In this document: one piece after another, positions 57,579 through 64,000 of the stretch
Layout of the letters: the number at the start of each line of letters is the position of its first letter
Position numbering within the stretch: the stretch's first letter is position 1
DNA from: a virus
Lineage: Duplodnaviria; Caudoviricetes
Strand: one strand, 5' to 3'
Length of the DNA: 64,000 nucleotides
Virus record (IMG/VR): IMGVR_UViG_3300035686_000002
Span: 64,001-128,000 of that record
Program-made: the position numbers and the translations under genes
The notes under the pieces: model-generated
What the model was told of the DNA's origin: nothing
The model's database searches: none
The model's input: the letters and a program-made list of their open reading frames with translations, nothing else

Positions 57579-58106
57579 GTGTTACAAAATAACGATTGTC
57601 AAGAAGTAAAGCGCCGAATTGCGCTAGCGCTGGAACAGAAAGGTGAAAGACTTAACCTTAGCGGGATGAGTTTAACTAATTTGCCAGAAACGATAGGTAA
57701 TCTAACTTGGCTAAAACACTTAAACCTTAGTGATAATCAATTTGCAAAGTTGCCTAAAGCAATAGGTTGTCTTACTAGCTTAGAAACTCTCGATCTTTAC
57801 AATAATCGATTAACTGAAACAGCAGAGTCACTGGCAGCTCTTGCGTTTCTCGGAAATTTAAAAACGCTTGACCTTAACTACAATCGATTAAAAGCACTAC
57901 CAGAGGTAATTCTGTCTCTTAGTGAGTTACAAATGCTTGACCTTAAGAACAATCAACTCAAAGAGTTACCACAATCACTTGCATCCCTTGTTAAGTTGAA
58001 CCAGATTTACTTAGACTTCAACCCTTTAAATCCAGATATTGCTGCTGCTTATAAGGGTTCTGCTTGTCAGCACGATACAAAAATACATATCTCAGTTCCC
58101 GACTGA
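57579..58106 (+). CDS. Leucine-rich repeat protein (likely GTG start at 57579)
   Basis: Six LxxLxLxxNxLxxLP repeats with N-cap EVKRRIALA and C-cap NPLNPDIAAAY. Confidence 0.9.
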   Translation: MLQNNDCQEVKRRIALALEQKGERLNLSGMSLTNLPETIGNLTWLKHLNLSDNQFAKLPKAIGCLTSLETLDLYNNRLTETAESLAALAFLGNLKTLDLNYNRLKALPEVILSLSELQMLDLKNNQLKELPQSLASLVKLNQIYLDFNPLNPDIAAAYKGSACQHDTKIHISVPD

Positions 58107-58278
58107 TGATTCTATCTGGGAGCCAGCTTTTGATTTTTCTGAAGTGGCATAGATAGCTGACAGAATCCATAAAATCGACTTGCCGTTGTTACCGCGAGTC
58201 GATTTTTGTTTTCTGCCTAGATCTTGAACAATAGCTATAACTGACATTAGAGTTACTTAATTGTACTGATTGAGAACT

Positions 58279-58794
58279 TTATTTTAACAGGTTGAAGTAT
58301 TTAGAAGTCACCATAATTGCCACTTTGCATCCCAAATATACACGATTACCTTCGGTATAATGTTCAAACATTCCTTCTGAGGGAAACAAGACTTTAATAA
58401 AGCTTTGAAATGGGCTTGCTTTCTCAATCTCGTCTAAAATACTTTGTGCTAATTCAGATAACATAGTGTCTGAATCTTGATCTACCCAGTTAATAAAACC
58501 TAACCAATGTATATGGTTTATCTCTGTCAAAGAACGGACTTTCTGGTTTTGAAATTTAGTCCACCAAAATACTAGGTCAGGAAGCAAAGGTTTTGGCTGG
58601 CTTATTATCTCCAAACATTGCTGTTTTGGTAAAGCTATGATTTCAACGTGATACTGAGGGTATAGTAATTCTTTCCCCGTGTCTCTTGACCGTGTTTCGC
58701 ACTCTCTTGATAGATTCAGCATACTCACTAAAAATTGTTTATAAAGCAAATTAGACTGAACGACACTAGAATTATAAATTTTGCTATTATTCAT
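58279..58794 (-). CDS. Hypothetical protein
   Basis: 171-aa ORF with an AAGG RBS. Confidence 0.6.
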   Translation of the reverse strand: MNNSKIYNSSVVQSNLLYKQFLVSMLNLSRECETRSRDTGKELLYPQYHVEIIALPKQQCLEIISQPKPLLPDLVFWWTKFQNQKVRSLTEINHIHWLGFINWVDQDSDTMLSELAQSILDEIEKASPFQSFIKVLFPSEGMFEHYTEGNRVYLGCKVAIMVTSKYFNLLK

Positions 58795-59106
58795 TTGCCT
58801 TTTTAAATTTTTAACTATCGATATTTTACCACAAATCGAATCTTCACTTGAGATTTGGCGTTCTCACTGTCGCTCCGCTTTATATGGTTGAACTGGTGGG
58901 TTAGAGCGGTCAAGTATTCGCAGCCAACAAAAGATGATTTAGAAGTCGCCACCAACTACCCCGCTTATGCGCTGCACAACTGCCCAGATTTTAAGCAGAA
59001 GCCACAACCAGAATCCCGGACGATACAGTTGCACTGATTGCGGCTGCGGTTTTCTGTTGCGAGGTATGGGTTTGAGAGATTGAGAAAAAGAATTTTGGTT
59101 TAGGGG

Positions 59107-59140
59107 TTGACATATCAGTGTAGATATACGATGATAAATA
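59107..59140 (+). promoter_or_regulatory. Family-A promoter TTGACA-N17-(G/T)ATGAT with conserved AGATAxAC spacer; also at 60541, 60848 and 62408
   Basis: Four near-identical copies with exact 17-bp spacing, each followed by an A/C-rich leader and ATG. Confidence 0.8.
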
Positions 59141-59170
59141 TAAGAGCAACAAACACAAAGACTAAATCAA

Positions 59171-59458
59171 ATGCAAAGATTAGCAGCAGCAGTAAGCGAT
59201 AAAGTTGAGCAAATGAAAGAAGGAAAAAGACAGCTAGTAAAAAAAGCTCTTAAAGAGGGCGCGCAGGTTATTGTACTTGGACATCATGACGCTAATCTAC
59301 CCGTTTTAATGCGAGTAACAGTCCCTACCCACTGGCACAGTAACAACAACGAGCAATATCTGGAATGTTCTTTGCCAGAAGGGACGCTATGGAAAACTTT
59401 TCTTTGGGTTAAGCGCAACCATCCCGAGGCTGCAATCGAGATAAAAAGTAACAACTAA
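59171..59458 (+). CDS. Hypothetical protein
   Basis: Downstream of a family-A promoter. Confidence 0.65.
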   Translation: MQRLAAAVSDKVEQMKEGKRQLVKKALKEGAQVIVLGHHDANLPVLMRVTVPTHWHSNNNEQYLECSLPEGTLWKTFLWVKRNHPEAAIEIKSNN

Positions 59459-59631
59459 ATACCTAGCTAACACAACCGGGGTGTTATTCACCCCACCTCC
59501 CCAGCTCAGTCAAATAAAACTATTTTTGAATAGACGGTGTAAAAACCGCCTTAATTTTTGTATTTACCCGTTAATAGTCTATAATAGGTATATGATGACA
59601 AATACAAATCTAAAACACAAAAACAAGTCAA

Positions 59632-59877
59632 ATGCAAGAATTAGTAACGACAGCAAACTACAATATCGACATGAAAGGATTTCGTATTGGTGATTTAGTA
59701 GTCCATCGAAATAATTTGAATCAGTTACTAGGTTCAATTTCCAAAATTGATAATAGTGTCGGTCTTATAACTGTCGGCGAAGGTTGTTTTTGCGGACAGT
59801 TTTCACCTGACGATTTATTTCCAGTAGTAAAGAAAACTTCACTAGAGCAATTCTGCTATTTTTCTTACTATTTTTAG
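59632..59877 (+). CDS. Small SH3-like hypothetical protein
   Basis: FRIGDLVVH...GSISKI...FSPDDL. Confidence 0.55.
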   Translation: MQELVTTANYNIDMKGFRIGDLVVHRNNLNQLLGSISKIDNSVGLITVGEGCFCGQFSPDDLFPVVKKTSLEQFCYFSYYF

Positions 59878-59951
59878 GAAAAAGGATAACTCGGAACAAT
59901 CGGTAAGACATTAGAGAAAGTTCAGTCAAGAAAACTAAAGGAAAAAATCAA

Positions 59952-60461
59952 ATGCAAAAACCAATTTCGTATTTATACAGAGAAATAATCTTGGCTGTCG
60001 TTCAAGCAATTTCTGAAGAAGATTTTGACACAATGGCAGAACAAGATTGCGCCACTGAACTAACAACTTGGTCAAAACAATTAGAAGATCCGTTAAATTT
60101 TGATGAAGTTGAGTGCAAACGCATTTATGATTATCTCAAGGAATCTCCGTTAGAAGAGTGGTATTACGACATCAAAGAAGAGATAAGAAGCGGTAAAGTA
60201 CGAACTGGATTGCCTAGTAATGGTGGCGGGATGTATAGCGCTGAGGCGGTAGCTATCCCTACAGGGATTCCCAGTTTGTATATTGGCTGGGACTATTATT
60301 TTGGAGGATCCGATCAGTTAGAGCCAGAAAAAGCTGAATGGATGGAATATTGCTATCTTTTGCAAGCCAAAGACCGAGTGCAAACTGTAAGGTTCTACGA
60401 CAAGTTAGTCAGTGCCGTTGATATAAAGTTTGCCATTGACTATAGAGGGTGCAACCTGTAA
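59952..60461 (+). CDS. Hypothetical protein
   Basis: AGGA RBS. GWDYYFGG...EPE...WM motif. Confidence 0.65.
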   Translation: MQKPISYLYREIILAVVQAISEEDFDTMAEQDCATELTTWSKQLEDPLNFDEVECKRIYDYLKESPLEEWYYDIKEEIRSGKVRTGLPSNGGGMYSAEAVAIPTGIPSLYIGWDYYFGGSDQLEPEKAEWMEYCYLLQAKDRVQTVRFYDKLVSAVDIKFAIDYRGCNL

Positions 60462-60603
60462 ATTTTACAACAAGCTAATTACCTGAGAACGAAAAACGAG
60501 GCGGCGTTTATGTCGCCTTAAAAAATTTTTCTCTTACCCCTTGACAATCTAAGATAGATATACGATGATGATATCTATTCACAAAAACAAAGGGCAGAAT
60601 CAA

Positions 60604-60864
60604 ATGAAAGCAATCCAGTCACGCGCAACCTTTATCGATTTACCTGAAGCCAAATCTCATTTTGACGTTATGGCATCACAAGATGGATTTTTAGGCGGAA
60701 GAGTCGTAATATACCACAAGCTTATATTTGTTCAAACTTTTTTTGAGTGCAACCGGGCTATGGTGTGCAGAGGAAATTATAAAAGTCCTAGCGAGATCGT
60801 TACCTTGATTCCAGCAGATAAAATTTCAAAAAGTTTTACTTTGCCCCTTGACATATCAAAGTAG
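60604..60864 (+). CDS. Hypothetical protein (likely start MKAIQS)
   Basis: Downstream of the family-A promoter at 60541. Confidence 0.55.
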   Translation: MKAIQSRATFIDLPEAKSHFDVMASQDGFLGGRVVIYHKLIFVQTFFECNRAMVCRGNYKSPSEIVTLIPADKISKSFTLPLDISK

Positions 60865-60911
60865 ATATACTATGATAAATACATACCAAGAAAAACACAG
60901 GAGATAAGCCA

Positions 60912-62054
60912 ATGACCGTATCACCTTTATATAAAGCGAAAGAAAGAATGATGACCCCTGTAAGTATTCACACAGTCCAAAATGTTGTTTACATTGAGTG
61001 TCGAGAGCTTGGGTTTCAAAAAGAAGACTCACTTGAACACTATTTAGACAAGAAAACAAGTAAGAAGATAAAATCTCAAGTCAGAGAGATAGTTCAATTG
61101 ACGAACGAAGACTATCAGTTATTTACGATCAATCTTCTTGATTATTATGAATGGCTAAGCGACAGAGGTGGCAGAGACTGCCACTACAAGACTAAAGATG
61201 GGGAAGACTGGACTGCGACTCTAGATAACAAGCAAGAGATGGCGCAATGGGCGAAAGAAAGCTACACAAAATGTATCTTAGTTACGAACGGTAGCGATTA
61301 CATCTTGGTTGATCCACAGGGACAAAGATACGCCCTATATGTTGGGTTCAGTAAAACAAGTTTAAGAGACATTTTAGAACTTGTACAACTTCAACCATTA
61401 AACCTTCCTGTTATTGAACCTACAGCCAAAACTCAACCGACAATCTGGCAAAATGCCACCCCAGCAGCCGAAGTCAACGACATCATCCGCAAGCCGTTTT
61501 GCCCGATCGCTCGTGTTATCAGCAAAGAATTCTTGGCAAACGGTCGTATCTGCTTGATCGTTGATTTCCCCGGCTGTCTTGATCTTGAAAAAGAAGAATG
61601 GGTACTGCCAGCAACCGAAGTCATCGCACCCGCTACACCACCTGTACCAGCAGTCACTCGCGCACTTTCAACCTTCGCAACAGCAAACTACCCAGCCACA
61701 GCAGTCGAAATTATCCCCGCACCTGCTGTGATCAAGAAAACGACCAACCCCCAAACCAACAGCACAGGAAGAACCATGCAAGCTATATCACAAAAGGGCT
61801 GGGATAAGTATCTCGATCGCAAAGCAGCCGAGTTTCTCGCAACTAAGCAAATCATCAAGTCGCACCTCGTCCCCGGCGACGGCGCTCAAGCTCCCGGTTT
61901 CGTGACCCTCCGACAATGGGGCGAACAGTACGCAACACACTTCTATAACTCACAAGACGGTGGCTTTCACTACGGGCGTTATTTCTCAAAGTTTAATGAT
62001 GCTGAAACTGACTTTAGTCGCCGAGTAGCTGACTACGCACCCGCCACCAACTAG
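60912..62054 (+). CDS. Multidomain hypothetical protein
   Basis: 380 aa with AGGAG RBS, promoter at 60848 and terminator at ~62077-62100. Confidence 0.7.
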   Translation: MTVSPLYKAKERMMTPVSIHTVQNVVYIECRELGFQKEDSLEHYLDKKTSKKIKSQVREIVQLTNEDYQLFTINLLDYYEWLSDRGGRDCHYKTKDGEDWTATLDNKQEMAQWAKESYTKCILVTNGSDYILVDPQGQRYALYVGFSKTSLRDILELVQLQPLNLPVIEPTAKTQPTIWQNATPAAEVNDIIRKPFCPIARVISKEFLANGRICLIVDFPGCLDLEKEEWVLPATEVIAPATPPVPAVTRALSTFATANYPATAVEIIPAPAVIKKTTNPQTNSTGRTMQAISQKGWDKYLDRKAAEFLATKQIIKSHLVPGDGAQAPGFVTLRQWGEQYATHFYNSQDGGFHYGRYFSKFNDAETDFSRRVADYAPATN

Positions 62055-62124
62055 CACCCTACACCCTGCACCCTTACCCCAGTTATTTTAAGACTGGGGT
62101 CTATTTATTTCAAGAAATAAACTA

Positions 62125-62424
62125 ATGGAAGAAACACGAAGACAAGCACAGCGCAAATACTCAGCAACAGAGAAGGGGCGGTCGAGCCGTAACAAAGCGC
62201 AGCGCAAATACTCAACAACAGAAAAAGGGAAAGAGGTTCAGCGAAAGTATGAAAAATCGGAGAAAGCACGGGAGCGCAAGCGGCGATATCTCGAAAGCTT
62301 GACGCCAGAACAGCGGGAAAGGTTGCAGGAGAGACAGCGCGAGTCTAAACGAGTGAGCGCTCAGCGGCGACGGGAGAAAGAAAAGCAAAAGAATTTGGCG
62401 TCAGGGGTTGACAGATTAGAATAG
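62125..62424 (+). CDS. Highly basic protein with KYxxTEKG repeats, putative nucleic-acid binding
   Basis: QRKYSATEKG / QRKYSTTEKG / QRKYEKSEKA. Confidence 0.65.
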   Translation: MEETRRQAQRKYSATEKGRSSRNKAQRKYSTTEKGKEVQRKYEKSEKARERKRRYLESLTPEQRERLQERQRESKRVSAQRRREKEKQKNLASGVDRLE

Positions 62425-62471
62425 ATAGACGATGATAAATAGAAAGACAACAACACACAGAAAACAAATCA

Positions 62472-62918
62472 ATGACTACCTCACAAAAAGAATTTGAGCC
62501 AAAAATTGAAGCTTTATCTCTCAATTCAATCGTGACGACTGACAGGTGTTGCATAAGAGTGACTGATATTCGCCCTGAAACCGTCACAGGTCAACTGCTA
62601 GACGATCAAAGTAACTTGGTTATTAAATACGGACACCCCGTTTATGTTGGCGTCCGCAAATCAGAAATTCTCTCTTTATCAGAACCCAAACCAGAACCAG
62701 AAAGTACAACACTCTCCACAGTCGAAACCAATCTAATCCCCTTTCCCTCGCCCAAAAACTCCGAACCCCAGCCCGCAACACTACCACAGAGCAACAACGG
62801 CGACAGCTTCTACTTGCAAAGTTACCGGGCATGGGTTAACAAGCTCGTGGCGCGGGGCGAGTACGGAAAGATTAAGAGCTATGAGGAATGGTATGCGATC
62901 GCCGTTGAGGTAATGTAG
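62472..62918 (+). CDS. Hypothetical protein
   Basis: Downstream of the family-A promoter at 62408. Confidence 0.65.
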   Translation: MTTSQKEFEPKIEALSLNSIVTTDRCCIRVTDIRPETVTGQLLDDQSNLVIKYGHPVYVGVRKSEILSLSEPKPEPESTTLSTVETNLIPFPSPKNSEPQPATLPQSNNGDSFYLQSYRAWVNKLVARGEYGKIKSYEEWYAIAVEVM

Positions 62919-63020
62919 CTAGAACTGCGGATCGCCTGCTAAAAGTCTAGTAAAATTAAGTCAGAATCCGATATCAATACCGGGGTTGTCGCTGAACCCC
63001 GGTTTTTCTGTTTTTTAAAA

Positions 63021-63515
63021 AGTTTAAAGCAGATACAGACGAGCATACTCGCACAGTTAGCCCCGGTCAAAAATTTGTTGCATTTTGATGCGGTATTGGT
63101 ACCGGAATTGCTAGATGAAGCCTCTCGAATGCTGCCACCCTTGATGTACACTGAGACATCTCCTGCGTCTTTCTGAGCCATTCGAGAGGTGGAGATTGAG
63201 GTTGACGTGCTACTACCTACCTGCATTAAATCGTCTACAGAGTGCTATCCAGTAGTCGAGCAAGTATGGGGACTGCTACATACTTTTTTACCTGATAGCG
63301 CCACCGGAGTGCTAGCAAACATGAGTTGGGAGTTGATGAATCAGGACACCCGATGGCTGGCAAAGTCTAACTATACGGTGGCGATATCTCCCTATGTGTT
63401 TGAGTTTCCCGATCCGGATGACAAACTGGGTATTGAAGAGATTGTTATAACGCCGATCGCTTCCTCATTCTCAGTTTCAGATTCAAGTATTTCTCTCTCT
63501 TGTGATAAACTTTGA
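63021..63515 (+). pseudogene. Possible disrupted gene (in-frame TGA at 63174-63176, no clear start)
   Basis: The frame of ORF 63189..63515 stays open for more than 50 codons upstream of a single TGA. Confidence 0.35.
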
Positions 63516-63616
63516 AAAGAAATAGTCAGGACGGTAAAAACGTCAGAACAAAACCCCTGACCGCGATATCAGGGGTTATTTTTTTATTTTCACAGTCAAA
63601 TCTAGTATATCTTAAA

Positions 63617-64000
63617 ATGTTCTCAGCACAAACAAAACAGATTGTAGAAGCCTTTCAACTGCTGGAAGAAACAGATCCAAAATGGTTGCAGGCGATCGTA
63701 AACCGACCAACTGGTAGCCAGTGGGGACAAACGTTGAAAGACTGGACAGATATCGCTAATTTGCCGTGGCAACCTTTGCTGATTACTGATCGGATAAACG
63801 GATTGCATCTCCCGCAATGCGTCTACTATCACTATTTGAAGAATCATGATATTGAGCAACAACAGGGATTGACAGGGCTGCACCCCGACGCAACTGAAAA
63901 TATTAAGCTTTTGTCAGAATTTGATGACTTTAGCTCAATCAGGATTGAGGAAGGGGCGCACGGATTAGAATTAGTGTCAGAAGAAGTGCAGTCGCACAAG
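63617..64000 (+). pseudogene. Possibly frameshifted gene running off the window end
   Basis: The ATG 63617 frame stops near 63781. An overlapping frame is open from ~63718 to the window end. Confidence 0.3.

Larger units (their letters stand above)
1305..62902. other. HIP1 octamer GCGATCGC enrichment (cyanobacterial host signature)
   Basis: Seen at 1305, 4149, 10993, 14032, 24230, 24915, 36645, 40918, 49054, 51075, 57097 and 62895. Fewer than one is expected by chance in 64 kb at this composition. Confidence 0.85.

Noticed and set aside
42581-63515. Stop-codon reassignment explaining in-frame stops
   Set aside because: Both TAA and TGA are involved, and all three stop codons terminate intact, well-recognised genes throughout the window.

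Overview
The whole window reads as part of a temperate or tailed phage, probably a siphovirus-like prophage of a cyanobacterium. The host call rests on at least 12 HIP1 GCGATCGC sites and several gene families typical of cyanobacteria. The left two-thirds holds a largely intact but unusually shuffled virion module: terminase large subunit, DUF1073-type portal, DUF2213 prohead protease/scaffold, decoration protein, DUF2184-type major capsid, DUF4054 connector, putative tail tube, a 2177-aa tape measure protein, tail fibre and tail-tip proteins. The right third holds accessory genes: GT2 glycosyltransferase, sulfotransferase, GH24 lysozyme, a PAPS-reductase/DndC-like protein, an LRR protein, KilA-N proteins and many small moron-like ORFs with their own promoters. 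Four observations stand out. (1) Five proteins share an uncharacterised N-terminal module (SxxAYGS...GKFxDxWNxR...YKPA) and a Cys4 knuckle but carry different enzymatic or DNA-binding domains (ADP-ribosyltransferase, GNAT, zincin peptidase plus InPase, tandem wHTH, ParB-like), suggesting a polymorphic capsid-cargo system. (2) A [R/K/N]-x-D-[A/S] motif recurs at the domain junctions of these proteins and of the portal, capsid and protease, and is a candidate maturation-cleavage signal. (3) Eight co-oriented copies of a ~190-bp nested-palindrome element bracket accessory gene blocks. (4) A 72-aa ORF ends in a capsid-identical peptide that differs from the capsid gene only at synonymous positions. 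No integrase, replication genes, tRNA or CRISPR array were recognised. All protein family calls come from motif recognition, not from database searches.
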